Origin: Vicugna vicugna
Taxonomy: Eukaryota
Assembly: GCA_013265495.1 (NCBI GenBank)
Contig: MU057991.1
Span: 124,001-188,000 of the forward strand
Length of the DNA stretch: 64,000 nt
Direction of reading: 5' to 3'
Part shown: one piece after another, positions 12,601 through 26,379 of the stretch
Numbering within the stretch: the stretch's first letter is position 1
Layout: every line of letters begins with the position of its first letter
Notes under the pieces: model-generated
The model's input: the letters and a program-made list of their open reading frames with translations, nothing else
Told to the model about the DNA's origin: nothing
Database searches by the model: none
Made by a program: the position numbers and the translations under genes

Positions 12601-14849
12601 TCCATTTCATTTGACGACACAGAAACAGCCCAAGAGCAAACAGTAGTTCTCCAGACAATCGTTTGAGTCGTCCACGCTCTCAGAGATCAGCGCACCAACA
12701 GTCCTCAGATGGACTCAGCGCTAAGGCTGTGACATTTTTGTCTCCTGGAAACTGACATATTCAAGACCTTGCAAGTCATTCTTGACTTTTCTCCCAAGAG
12801 AACAAAACACCAGAAAAAAAAGCTGACATGTCAGAATGGCTTTGCTCCCTCCCCACTCACGTCCTGCACACGCATCTTTCGGTCCTCTGCTATCCAAGGG
12901 CCATGAGGTCCTAGCTATGTGCCCCAGCACACCCTCACCGCACCAGCCCCTGCTTTATCCTCCTCAGTGGGGTCCCACTGCTCTCAAGGTAAATTCCAGA
13001 CCCCCTCAGCCCTGGGTTCTGGCCGCCTGTTTGCCTCTCTCTGCTTTAGACACACCGATCTTCCTTCAGTCCCAAGCACTCTCTCTGCCGGAAAAGCTCT
13101 CCCTTTTCTCTTTTACCTATCTAGCCCCTACATGCTCTCCGATCCCAGCTGAAGGCCCCCAAGTCTCGCTCGCCAGGTCACAGTGTCCCTCTGTCCTCGG
13201 CCCTTGTAAGCTTCCCCAAGCTTATGACATTGGTTATGACCTCTCTCCCACTAACCTCACCGCAAACTCCGCTGAGCACTGGGGGCACAGTCCGCACGCT
13301 AATGTTTGTTGAATAAATCAATCCAGAAGTCACAAAATAAATGATGCAAAGCAAGTAAGAATTACTGGAGAGTTGAGAATTGGAGTCTTTAAAACGTGTT
13401 TTATTACTGAAATAAACAATGGTCCTTAACTTAAAAAAAATCAGAAAACAGAGACACCAAAGTTTAACCAAAACACAAAAACAAATAAACAAACAAAAAC
13501 CCTACTGCTGACCCTAATCCAAAGATTTTGCTGTTGACATGCTGCTGCAAATCCTTCCAGGATTTTTTTCTACCAAGAGCAGCATTACTTCTTTCCTCGC
13601 TATCAAAATGCAAGATTGCAGGGTCTGCCAAGTGATGCTGCATTAATAGAGATGGGTTGACATTTTAAAAAACGATGTCATCTGAATGGAAGTAACAATG
13701 CACCCAAATCATTGCTACAGGAGCCATCCCATTCTCCACACCACATCCCAGATGAGAGGCAGTCCTCCGTAGAAACCGGCTTCAGAATTTCAGGGGGGAA
13801 ACAGGATGAAAGGTGAAGGGTGGAGGGAGTATGTAAGAAGAGGGTCGAGCAAATCACTCTCAAACCCCCAATCTAAACTGCTTCCTAGCAAAGGGCCAAT
13901 TTTTTGAGTTGTAAGCTATGGAAACAAAGCAAAGGAGTGACTTCGTGGCTTGATTCTTAAAACCCAGCTGTTACAACTCTGCTCTCTGAGGACCCAGCAG
14001 GGTGAAATGGTGTCACCAGGTCACCACCCCAACTCCAAGAAGAGATGCACTGGAGCCTGGGCAAGTAAATGTCCCTGCGTTTCAGGAGCCCTCGGGAAAT
14101 GCTCACTCACTGGGCTTGCAAACAGGAGCATCCCTGGGCTCTGCTGCCCCGCAGGGAAGACGCGAGCCCAGCTCTGCCTCTCCACTGCTCCGCAGTCTGG
14201 GGCGAGCAGCCTGGCCTCCAGAAGCCTCAGTTTCCTCGTCTATGAAGTGGGACTATGCTCGCCCCTCCCCGCTGGATTGCTAGGGGCACTGGAATAGGTC
14301 TATGCACTGTGCCTGACACACAGGAGGCACTCGAATCCAGGCCAGCATGATCTAGCTCTCCTCCACCGCTTGCGGTCAGATCTAACGAGCCACTGGTCTT
14401 GATGGACTGATCTCGTGTCAGTGAACATTATTTCATATAAACTAACTGAAAAGAAGACTTGTGACCACTACCAGAAGAAAGAGAGCGTCCACAGGACAAC
14501 AGGTCCAAGCCTGAAGCGACTGCACGCAAGGCTGGCTGCCCCTCCGTGTCTCTGCGCTGCCACCGCCAAGAAGGTGTCACTGTGTGAAGTGGACACGCAG
14601 AACCAGAGACTTAACCAGTACTGTTTCCAAGAAAACAGAGAGAAGTAAAAGGGTGAGGAAGAGAGAAATTCAAAGGCTCCGGTGACTCACTGGGACTTTG
14701 ATCCAAAGGCTCCAGAGCTCTCACGACAAGGATGAACCACACACCTAAAGGTGTGCGGTCAGAAACACAGAACTGAGCGGTCCTTGCTAAACCCCCAGGG
14801 CAGGGCAGAAACGCGCACCCCAGGTGCCACCCACTTCCTGAAGGAGGGT

Positions 14850-15780
14850 CCCCAGCATTTCTGGGTCCCAGCCTCTGCGCAAACAGCACGTGGCCGCCCC
14901 GCTCTGAGCACGGGCCCTGCCCCTAAGCCTCTCCTTGCCGAGGCGATCCATGCCGGTTCTCGGCTGTCATCCCCTTCAAGGGTCGGCTGCTGCCGTCTGG
15001 GCACGGATGCCGCCCCTTCCAGGCGGGACAAAGGAAACCCATCCGGCCACCGCCTGGATGGGGAGGCGGATGCAAAGCGCGCGGCCCCGTGAGAGGCTGG
15101 GACCCACACAGGGGGAAGGGTCCCCGGGCTCCCGGGGGTCGGGCAGGCCCTGCGGGCGCGCGGGGACGCTTAGTCCCTCGGCGCCCCCCGCCCTGCTCCC
15201 GGGACCCCCGGGACGCCCCGCCCGCGCGCCCACGTGCCGCCGCCCCACCCCCCCGNNNNNNNNNNNNNNNNNNNNNNNNNNNNNNNNNNNNNNNNNNNNN
15301 NNNNNNNNNNNNNNNNNNNNNNNNNNNNNNNNNNNNNNNNNNNNNNNNNNNNNNNNNNNNNNNNNNNNNNNNNNNNNNNNNNNNNNNNNNNNNNNNNNNN
15401 NNNNNNNNNNNNNNNNNNNNNNNNNNNNNNNNNNNNNNNNNNNNNNNNNNNNNNNNNNNNNNNNNNNNNNNNNNNNNNNNNNNNNNNNNNNNNNNNNNNN
15501 NNNNNNNNNNNNNNNNNNNNNCGCGCGCGCGGGGTCGGGGGCCGGGGGTGCTCGCTCCCCTGTGGGCCCCCCGACCCCCGACCCCGCGCCACCGGCCAGA
15601 TCACGCGGCCCTCGGCCGCACACGCGGAGCCCCCGCCGGCGTCACCGCCCGGGACACGCGCCCCCGGTCAGCGCGCCGCGCCCAGGCACGACCTTCCACG
15701 CAGAAAACCCCGAGGACTCAGACACGAAACCGACACCGCTACGCAACACGTTCAGTGACGCTGCAGGACGTCAAGCCACA
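14850..15780. promoter_or_regulatory. CpG island 1 (contains a 266-N gap); candidate LANCL2 exon 1/promoter
   Basis: Very high GC and CpG density on both sides of gap 15256-15521; GC boxes (ccccgccc) and an E-box cacgtg near 15231. Confidence 0.7.
15256..15521. other. Assembly gap (266 N)
   Basis: Run of N. Confidence 1.
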
Positions 15781-17009
15781 CAGCGAAATCAGGGGTGCTT
15801 CTACACACGGACAGCAAACTACCTGGAAAAAGAAAGAAAACGATCCCATGACAACAGCATCAAAAACAACAAAATACTCAGGAAGACGTTTTGCCAGGGA
15901 GGTGAATGCTGCAAACTGTAAGGCTCAGATGAAAGAAACTGGGGACACAAGCAAATGCAAAGCCACCCTGCGTGCCGGGATCAGGAGAATTAACGCGCAC
16001 GGCTGTCAATAAACGTGCACAGTTGTCTGATTCCCCTTCCAGCTGTTTCCTAACTTTCTGCCTCCAAGTTAGCAATTTAAGCCTCCGATTTCTCGCTCTT
16101 TGGATTCTCCCGTTAATCAGATGCACAGTGATTTTCATGGGACGAAGAAACCCTGGACAACGACCTCTATAACCTGGCGTGGTGGAACCCGTAAGGCAGA
16201 ACCCAGCTCACGTCCACTCCCCGCAGCCCGCCTCCGTGGGACCAGAATCCTGGTTGTGTTCACAGCAGCAACGCATCCAGCCCCAGGACACCGCCTTGCT
16301 TTCCCCAGCGGCAGCCACCACACAGTTGTGACCAACCACACACAAGTGCAAGTCCTCTGCGGGCTCTTGGAAGGTTCCCGTATTTCCTGATAAAAGAGAA
16401 GGACGCAGCTGGCGCTCCCTTCTTTTTCCTCCCTTCATCCTGGTGTAAATTGGACTAGAAATCGGGAACTGTAGCAGCCCTCTTGTAACACAAGAAATAG
16501 GAGAAAAACCAACGTAACTGCACAAATTGCAATTATTTCAACCCTGATTAGGCTGAAAGCAATCAGCGCCAACAGCTGCCTACTTCCAGACTTCCTGTTA
16601 CACAGGAAAAACCATCCAAGATCCTCTCAACTTGAGTCTTGTTTACTGTAGCTGCATGCAGGCCTAACGCACATTTATGTACAGATTTAGCTCTGGCGTG
16701 ATGACTTTATTGCAAAGCATATACTGTATTCCTCATAAATGTTCCTGGAGCAGAGTTCTAAGGCTTACGGTTACTTGCTCTAATTCCTTTTAACACTCGC
16801 CAAAATTGCACTGTAAAAATAACTTCTCTGCCTTTGCTTTCCAGTCTCTCTTCCAGTTCCTAATTTTCTAACCCTCGCTCGTAAAAGAGACTTCTAATTT
16901 GTTTATATTGGAACCAAAGTCTCATGAAACAAAGTAAGAAAATTTATTATGCTGTGATTGCTTTCGGAGAAATTTTAACTGGTTCATCTTACTTAACGAT
17001 GGTATTACT

Positions 17010-17190
17010 ATAAAGAGAATAATTATTGGGCATTTATATGCGTGGCACTACGTGCTCTACGCAATATCTCAATTAATGTTCACAAGCCGAAGGATTCTCT
17101 GATTTTTAGGTGGGAAACCTGAGACTAGCCCAAGGTCACATGACAACAGAGACAGCTCTTGGAGCTGTGACTGGACCATGGAATCCCAAA
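17010..17190 (-). mobile_element. MIR SINE fragment
   Basis: MIR-core-like text gggaaacctgagactagcccaaggtcacatgac, preceded by catttatatgcgtggcact. Confidence 0.55.
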
Positions 17191-18099
17191 GGCCCCCCAT
17201 GCTGAGCACTGGCTGAAAATCTTGGCTCGATTCTCCATTTACAGTTGACCTTTAGATTTTGGAAAGGTTTATAGCTTTCACTCAATCACATGGTCTGAAT
17301 ACAATACGGAAACACTTGAGGGGAAAGAATGTGGATAATTACCAAATTTTTAGTCTAATATTACATTATTTTATTCAGTTATTCTTCTGAAGAATAAATA
17401 ATTCTCTCCATGTGCCAGGCACTGTTACTGGGCCCTCGACAGTTCCTGGTCTAACGGGACAAACAGAAATGTAATTATGATGTCACACCGTAAATGCCAG
17501 AAGGGCCACGTGTAACCTGGAACATGCCGGGAAAGGCGTCTCTACAGCCTGGAGCTGCTGGGAATGTGGTGTGTCTTGGAACACGGGCTTCGAGTCACCC
17601 TTGCAGAAGGCATTCAGGGAATTTCCTGGGTTTGTTCTCAACTCCTGCTCCTGCAGGCAGGCCAGGGTGTAGGCAGGGCGCTCAGAAGGGTGAAGAGGAG
17701 ACGGAAGGGCATTAACCACCTGCGGGAGCCAGGGAAGGGGCTTCCGTAGGACCCAAGAGACCTCTCCGTGACTAGGAGAACCTCAGTGGGGCCCTCTGTG
17801 GGGTAAAAGGCCAGGAACCTTGGCTCCTCAAGCTGGAAAACGCTGCAGAGCTTGCTCGGCACAGCTGTGTGTGTGTGGACAGCTGTCCCCTGAGCTCCTT
17901 GACAGGGACACACGTCCCCTGTCCAGGTGTCATCAAACAACCCACGGCCGAGGCACAAGCATGATCCCCATCTCACCGGTGACAGACACGAGGCACAGAC
18001 TTGCCCAAAACGATACAAACCACAAGTGGTACCCAGGCAGCCAGCCCCAGACTTCGAGCTTGTAACCACCATGCTGAGGACTTTGGGGGGGGGGTCAGG

Positions 18100-18625
18100 T
18101 GAGCCTCGAGAGATGTCCGCGCCCTAATGCCTGGAATCTGAAACGTGTCACAGACTTAAAGTAGGGGGCGTGTCCCAGGGCATCCAAGCGGGGCCAGTCT
18201 AACCACGAGTCCCTCCTCTGCCTGGAGTCAAAGGATGTGGCCGCAGGTGCTGGCAGAGAGCTCTGCAGTGAGAGGCCGGCTCTTGTGTGGCTGCAGGGCC
18301 ACGTGGAAGCCTGACAAGGACTCAGGCAGCCCCTGGGAGCAAAGAGAAGCCCCAGCCTTCAGCAGCAAGGGGACAGGGGCCACCTGCTGCACCCCAGGCC
18401 CTGAGTTCCCCGCCCACCTGAGACAGGAGCTGCTCATCCCAGCGCCTCCAGAAGGGAGCCCTGCCCTGCCGGCACCTTGACTGTGGCCTGTGAGCCTCCA
18501 GGCAGACGGACCAGCCACACGGCCCCCGGGCCCCTGACTCACATAACTGTGAGCACATACACGGGGGCTGTTTGAAGCAGATAAGTTTGTAGTAATTTTT
18601 TATGGGAGGAACGGGAAAATAACAC
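18100..18625 (+). mobile_element. MLT1 (ERVL-MaLR) LTR remnant
   Basis: MLT1-type motifs (cctaatgcctggaatctgaaacgtgtcac; ggccacgtggaagcc; gccggcaccttgactgtggcctgtgag; tgtttgaagcagataagtttgtagtaatttttt). Boundaries approximate. Confidence 0.65.
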
Positions 18626-21600
18626 AACTTGCTTATTTAACCCTTTGAATGGCTTCTGTGTGGCGGAGCAAGGTCATCTCCCCGGACAAGTCTGAGAATC
18701 CGAGAAACCCGCGTCGGACACGCGGCTTCCAGGGGGGTCAGGAGTCTGCAGGTGGCAGGTGCCCCACTCTGCGCTGAGGCACGAAGAGCGAGCGGTCCTT
18801 TCTGAAGAGATAAAGTATGGAATAAGCAACGATTCTTTCTCAAATACTGACGTTTTAATGTATTTTTTCCATGAAAGTTGTGTTTGAGGAAATACAACTG
18901 CCAAATACAAACATACAGAAATCTTTAAAAAGATTAACAAGTAACTTTAAAAAAATCATGATCTTAACCTTGAAGAGAGAAGAGTGGAAACTCTCAAAAT
19001 AGGGGTTTAACATGCACATTTAAATAACTCCTAAAGCAAAAGGTACAGTTCTGAACAGGTATTCCTGAGTCAAACTTCCAAGTATGAGTAGTATTGTCAA
19101 TGGACCAGGAGAGCTTGTGAATGCAGTCATTCACTACACTCCTCATGAATGTCGGCACTTGGGGGACAGTTCACCTAATTCAATTCTGATAACTTGCAAT
19201 GTTTTCATCCCTGTGTTACAGACAAAGAACCTCAAGTCAACCAGTATAACTTGCCGACATTTTTTAAGATAATTCAAAAACTGACCCAACTTTTGCGTAT
19301 GTGATGATACAGGGCATGCACACCAGGATACGTGCGCGTGTACCGACACCGGCCAGGAACTCTTTCACGGGGAAGGGTTCGCGAACCTCTCTCCTGCGGG
19401 GCACTCCGTAACCTCGGCTCTCCCAGGGCAAGACACTTTGGAAGGGTTCACACATATGAGGAAGGCGCGCTTGGTTTTCTAAGACTCTGTCTGCAAACAA
19501 AAATGAGTAAGTACCCTGACCACGGCCTCAAAGTCAACCACTGAGGGAGAAAAGAGGGAAGCGCTGTGCGCGCCGATGGTGAAGGATGAGACGGTGGCGT
19601 GACTCCTCCCTTGGCTACTAGCGCTTTCAGGCAGCAGGAGAAGGGTGCTCACCCAGACCAAGTGGGCGCCGAGGAAATGCCGTTTGTCGGCTTAGATGTT
19701 TGAAAATTGTTCATTCTCTTAAAAAATAAATGTGTGTTTACATAATCGGGTCTGTCCTCTTCTCCTTATTTCAAGCGCAGTAATACTATGAACAGAAAAT
19801 GCTCTAGATTACGTATTCAAAACACACGTGACTGTCCAATTTTGATGTGTGTATTTTATATCTCAAAAATTAACTGATAACGTGCAGTGTGCACTCTCTA
19901 GCGGATATATATGCTAACCACAAGAAAGTTTACAATCGCAGTAAAGAACCAAGGACAACTGCTAAGTGACAGTGCATTGGTAAGCTGATCCCCAGGGCTC
20001 AAAGCACATGCTTATTGTTAACACAGGGACAGTGGGACTTTGCGGTCAAGCTGTACTTATTTTTGGAAAGCTGTCAGTGAAAAGTTAGGCTTTATTTTGA
20101 TTACACAATCGCTGCATGGTATTAGCTAAAATCTGTGGAAGAGAAGCACTTTCGGAGAAGGAAACTCAGTTTGCTGTATTCAATTCTATTCAAGTAAAAT
20201 TTGCTCAAAACCTGCTTTGGCCCGAGCAGACTGCCAGGTGGCCCTGAGAGGACAAGCCTCACCTGCGACACCCATAAGGAATATCACACAGTCTTACTTT
20301 AGTTTAGAATATTGTCCAGAGGACCTAGATCATGACCCTACATAACATTCTAGACACACAAGGGATTTTAAAAATAAAATGATGCTGTTAAATAATATAT
20401 AAAAACAATTCCAATAAAACAGTAAGAGTTTTTTACTTCAGTACGTTTATTCTTCATTCAACAAACACTTACTCAGTATCTACTATGTCCTGGCTTGGTA
20501 TCAAGTGTGAAGATTTTTTTTTAATAACAATAATTCAAGCATCAGTAAGAAAAAAAAATCCTGTCTCAAAGAGTACAGTTAAGTGGGGAACAGAAACAAA
20601 AAAGAATTACAGTAGGCGCTCACCAATCACGGATTAAGCCTTCAGAGCTCCTGTTTGAGGTTTCAAGCATAAGCACGTGATTCTGAAGACCCACGTCACC
20701 ATACACAATTCTCAGTGACGCTGAGGACCAAACGGAAACAGAAGGTGAGCTGACAGAGCTGTGGGCAGACAGTTGAGCTGACCTGCCAACATCCAATAAC
20801 CCTTCTGCACCCTCACCGCCAGCCGTGGCAGTGCCCCCACTGCAGAGACGGTGACAGCGAGGAACATACGCGGGGTGGGACTTAGAAATCTGCTGACAAC
20901 CCGTGGACACGCGCATGCAAGCACTGCCCGTCGGACTGCATTCTCCTCAGATGGCAAAGGCGCAAGAACAAGCCGTCTCTAAGGAGACAGGATGTGTAAT
21001 TTTTTTTATATTCCACGAAAGAAATAAACCTCTATGGAATTTTTCATTATCACATTTTATACTCTAATAATAAAAGACAAGACAGATAATAATGCTGACA
21101 GATATATAATAATGCTAACAGCTACCACTGACTGACCTCTTCACCTGCTCACCATGTGTCAGTAACTGCGGAACAAGGTGCTAATTGTATCAGGCACTGT
21201 TTTGTGTGCTGCAAATGGACTTAACTCAAACACCCTAATGAGGAAGGGGTTGTATTACAACGTTATTACCATATGCTTTCAATCAATATCTTACACCAAT
21301 ATTATATTAAGAACTTCAATTACCTTTCCAACTTAACCCTTTGCTATAAGCTGATGAGATAAACGCTATTATCCTATGTTAACGGGTATTGTTCTAAGTG
21401 TTTGCGTGTATTAACTAACATAACTGCCATAACCTATCGGGAAGGTACCGTCATCGCCCAAAGTCTATAGCAAACAGGTGGCAGAAAAGCAGACATCCAA
21501 CCCAGGCCTGGCCAAGTTCTCTGTGGCTCTGCGCCACACTTACTGCCGAGCGGCAGGAAACGCTGATTTACAGCGTTCTGTGGTCTCCCCTCCATCATCT

Positions 21601-22506
21601 TCCCGTCACCTCCTACGTCAACATTTTCCATACTGGGAACTGAAAACTGGCTGGAGCTGAAGTTCACATTAACAGGGACATCCAACAAGCTGTCGGCGGT
21701 GCTCACCCACATAACGCACACATGGACCCTCCGCGGGCCTGGGGACCCTTTCAGACCCAAATGCAGGTTGTGGTTCACTGGGTGCAGGGTGGAAGCTGCC
21801 TGCATCTTCCAACAGGCTTTCAGGGAAGGCTGAAGTGTTCGGTCCCCAAATCTCACTCTGAGGACAAAGCCTGCAGACTGTATTCCCTCCCTCAGCCCCA
21901 CTTTAGCTCATTTTGAATGCAGGAAAAATTGCATTTCTCTGGGCTATTGAAAAGTGCAATATTTCCTTATGTTTCCATGACATATTATGACATTAAACAA
22001 ATTCTGAAGTGCAAAAACTTTGAAACAGAAATATAGAAAATCAGGTGAAGAAGGATAAAATGGAGCATTTCCAACAGCCCGAGATTATGCCAAATTACAG
22101 ATCCCAAGTGAAACTTTTCTTAATCTTCGCTATTGTGTGGAAAAGGTTTATAATCCTTAGGCCCCATCAAGTCCTTCAGAATTGGCTCCAGTCCACTTTT
22201 CCTGCCTCATGACCGCCCAGTGTCATTCACGTGCCCCCCTCACCCTGGCATATCTCACTCCTTGCCACCCCCTTCAAGCTGCACCCTGTCTCTGCTCTGG
22301 CAAAGCACCCCCCCCCGTCAGATTCATTCACAGAGGCCACTGGACGGAGGTGGCTCTCACGCCCTGGCAGCCCACGTAAGCAAACCAAAATCTGGGCCTG
22401 TGGACGCCTCAGGGTTAGGAAACTGAAACACTAAGGACAACCGATCACAGACCAACAGCTCGGCTTTAAGCTGCAGGCTTAAAAGTGCTTCCACACTTTT
22501 TCCATA

Positions 22507-22720
22507 CAGATGATCCTTGAATAACACAGGTATGAATTGCGAGGGTCCGTTTGTATGTGGACCTTTTTCAATAGTAAATACTACAGTAATACACAAACCC
22601 TGGTTGGCTGACTCCCCAGATAAAAAGAATCTCAGAACAGAGGACCCACCCATGCAGAGTTCAGTTAGAGTTAAGTTTTCCACTGTCCGGAGGGCTGGTG
22701 CCCCCACCCCTACACTGCTC
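22507..22720. mobile_element. Tigger2-family MITE (second copy, right end degenerate)
   Basis: TA then cagatgatccttgaataacacaggtatgaattgcgagggtcc...aatagtaaatactacagt, homologous to 7151-7342. Confidence 0.75.
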
Positions 22721-22779
22721 CCCGCTCCTGTCGGAGAAGTGCCCCCGACCACGTCCGGCTTGGCGCGGCCTGATTCAAA

Positions 22780-23900
22780 TCGACCTGTGCTCACAAACCT
22801 CTTAAAATCTGTAACATGCCCAAGTTTATCTTTTAAAAGCTCTGCTGTCAGAAGAGGAAATCAAAGGAGGCCCTTGACGGCCCCCAGGAGGCCTCCTCAT
22901 CAATCAGGCCAAGTTTAATGAGGCTAATTTGCAAACAAATTAGCCTTACTTCGATTATCTGCAGTAGAAATGAGGACTGTAGAGGGAAAAAAAACTGTGT
23001 TTCAGTAGAAAATTACAGCAGAGCCTTGTGCACATCAGATTCTAGTCCTGTTCACCGTCTTTCAGGATTGCTCTCCACCTGTAAACTGGACGGGAGCCTG
23101 AAGTCCCACTTCTCCAAACAGCTGGCTATGTTTCACCAAACTAACATTCTGAATTTTCTCCTACTTTCTGATTTGAAATCGTAAGAACAAAGCTGCCCTT
23201 GAACCTCCCTGAAGGGACCGTATCAAGTCCTCATCACAACCCAGATGGCAGCCAAACTCCAGGGCCTTGACCCTTGGGTCCACATCCCTCAGTTAAAGAG
23301 GCTCCTCCGGACTCTGGGAACTGCACACCAGCTGGAGATCTCAAACGAAACCTGAGCCGGGAGGTTCCTCCCGGAAGCAGACGATGTCTCCCCAGATCCC
23401 AGAACGAGGACTTCATCTCCGATACAGAAACCGTTACTCCTTTTGCCTTTGCGCTGCCTGTTTTTTCCGTGAACGCACCAGGAGACGCTGCTCCCCAGCT
23501 CCGGGAACCATCACTAAATCGACTGCTAAGGCCACAGCAGCACAACAGTCCCCAGGCTTTCTTGCTAAGGTGGTTCTGGGTAACAGACCTGCTTCAGATC
23601 GCTGGCTGGCTAAACAAGGCGCGTGCGCCCCAGCAATGCCTCCGGCTACACCCGGATCAACACCTCTGCCACCACAGCCAATACAGGAAACCAGTAAGCA
23701 AGCTACTCAGGGCGATGCGCCTGCAGGCACATTCTTCGATTTATCCGACACCTGCCGGTCTGGTTCACGAGGGTGGGGCCCTGGCTAAGGACTGTTCTTC
23801 ACCTCTTGGTAATTATCTTCCTAACCGTCGACATCATGGTCTCCCTGGTGGTCCGTGTCCTCTCAAGGGTCTCAAATGAATATTCACGGCCACCAACAGC
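22780..23900. mobile_element. ERV1 internal-region remnant (MER4-group-like)
   Basis: Contains agattctagtcctgttcaccgtctttc and gcaaacaaattagccttact, typical of recalled non-autonomous ERV1 internal sequences; no intact retroviral ORF. Confidence 0.5.
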
Positions 23901-24920
23901 ACAGCAGGAGGTCTCACTGCTCTTGGAGAAACAGAACCAAGCAAACGAGATGAACGGCAAAAACAGCTCTTACACCCAATTTGAGGGCACCCTCTCATTC
24001 ATGAATACTGTGAAGTTAATCAAAACAAGGAGGCCACTTAGCTAAGGTGGCTCTAAGGCCTTTCCAACCTACCCACGCACACCAAAACCCAAACCTGTAA
24101 ATGCCCCAAGGTTACAAAATCAAAACCTGAGGACGACCAGTCACAGCCAACTGGGCCTCGAGCTACAGCAGCTGGATTCCTGATCCTGAGAAACTATGTG
24201 AGATCGTAGGTGTTTATTAAATTACTAAGCTGGGGAACCATTTACTACACAGCAATAGACGGCTAGTAACAGGGGCTTCTCCCCGAGTGCCCTCTTGGCC
24301 CCAGGAGTGGGGCTGCTCCTCATGTCAGCCACTCCTGTGGTCTCCAGAGTTCTCCTTACTTCTCACAGGCAGTCGCTCATTCATCCAATCACTATGGCTA
24401 GAGTAATTCTTTATATTAAACCTTCCCTGTCAAATCCCTGTGTGGTTTCCTATCTCCTGGTGATAAAGCGAAGGGAGCTGATGCTGCTGATCAGAGAAGC
24501 ACACTCAGAAACGCTGGTGTAGACTAACCAGGATTCAGATCCTCAAGTCCACGGCCACGACAGAAACAAGTAAAAAGAAGGGAAGAAACGGCCAACAGTG
24601 CCAACTTTAGATACCTTTCATGATTAAAAAAAAACAAACCCTGGTTCACTGCTTTTCATAATACTTGGACCAACGTTGTCAAAATGTTACAGAAGCTTAC
24701 TTATGGAAACGTACCTCAGTGAAGCAGACTTGAGCTGCATTTAGAACTGGAGGTGAATTGCATTCATTGTTTACACCACACATACTCACCACTAACCTAA
24801 AGAAACCAACAAATGACTTCAATACTGAGTAATAAAGTTATCAGGTTGGGAGATTTTAGTTAGCCTTTTCTCACATCACCATTGGTAAAATTATTCAATG
24901 CCTACTTTACAGATTACCCT

Positions 24921-25299
24921 CTGAATTGGTTTCCTGGGGTGCTGAAACAAACTGGGTGGCTTAAAAATAACACAAATATAGTCTCTCAGTTCTGGAGCCC
25001 GTAAGCCCAAAATCAAGGCGCTGGCAGGGCCGTGCTCCCTGAGACTCTGGCTAGCTTCCAGTGTTTGCTGGCAATCTCTGGCGCTCCCTGGCTTGCAGAT
25101 GCACCACTCCAATCTCTGCCTCCATCATTTCATAGCCTTCTCCCTTCTCCCTGTGCCGTATCGGATCAACAGCCCACCCTACGCCAGCATGAAAGTAACT
25201 AACTACACTTAACATAACTATTCTAAAACAAGGTCACATTCTGAAGTTCCGGTGGTTAGAACGTCGTCCTTTTGGGAGACACAATTCAGCCTATTAACA
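24921..25299 (-). mobile_element. MLT1 (MaLR) LTR
   Basis: aaactgggtggcttaaaaataac...ctcagttctggagcccgtaagcccaaaatcaagg...aaggtcacattctgaagttcc...ggagacacaattcagcc, the reverse orientation of an MLT1 LTR. Confidence 0.8.
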
Positions 25300-26379
25300 C
25301 CCTCATTTCCATGAAACTTCATGTTTATCAAAACAAATGCATACTTGGTAACAACTATCTTTATGACGTTCTTACTATTTTAAGAATTAAAAATGTAATA
25401 CTCTGCCAATCATCATCTATACAGAAGACAGTGGAACTTAATTCACATTCATTTTATCTTACGATTTTCCGAAACCTAAGAAGTATTCTTGCCATCTCTT
25501 AAAATCAGAAGTCCCTCTCTCCCTTTAATGGGCTCTCATTTTCAAGTTCAAGAATATGGAAGAAAAGTAAAAAACAAAAGAACATTTCCTTTAGCACATA
25601 ATCACAACCACTGGCAAGGGTCCCCACCTGACTCATTCTAATTGTTTAGATGCACGGAGCCATCACAATACTCGCTTGTGGTTCAATTTTCTTTTCCCGA
25701 AGCCACTTTAGTATATGGTTGAGATCAAAGCCACATTTACCAGATATAAAGGGTAAAAAGAAAAATATGTAAATTCAGAACAAGTGTTTATCTTCCGTGA
25801 GGCAGAAAATGAAACTCAACTGTTTCCACCTCTTTACTGTTCTCGGGGAGACTGAAATAGTGGTCAGGAGTTCCTCTCACTCATTTTCAACTAAACATTG
25901 CAGCAACCTCCTTACTCTCAGGACAGTATTTGGACAGTGACTGACAGTATGAATGACGGGTTTAAAAATACTGACTGTAAAGAATTTGAACAAAGTCACA
26001 AACGTAACCGAAGGTATGTGAAAACAGAAGAAAATCGGGAAAACCAGTATTGACAATGTTGAATTCTAAACCGTTTAAGCATTGACTTTTCAAGGGGAAG
26101 AAAAAGTTGCATTTACTGGGGGCCTACTAGGTACTACATAATGCAGTTTGTCGAGCCGTTTAGACTTCACCTAATTCAGTTACCGACATCCCTGTGAGCT
26201 GGGGACTGTTCTCCACTGAATCACACACAAGAAAAGAGATGTTCAAAGAAGTCACTTGCCTATAAGATTCCATATTCGGAACAACAGCTCTTTCAAAATT
26301 TCCTTCTAAATTCGGGCGAACGTACACGTTTCCAAAGACAAAGTACGTGGGGAGCCGGGGAGGTAGAGGGAGAGTGGGA

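Noticed and set aside
14935..16012. Long ORFs spanning the N gaps (also 26822-27462)
   Set aside because: Artefacts of translating through N runs.
19376..19387. 12-bp palindrome ggttcgcgaacc in a mildly CpG-rich patch
   Set aside because: Too short to interpret alone, and it matches no motif I can name confidently.
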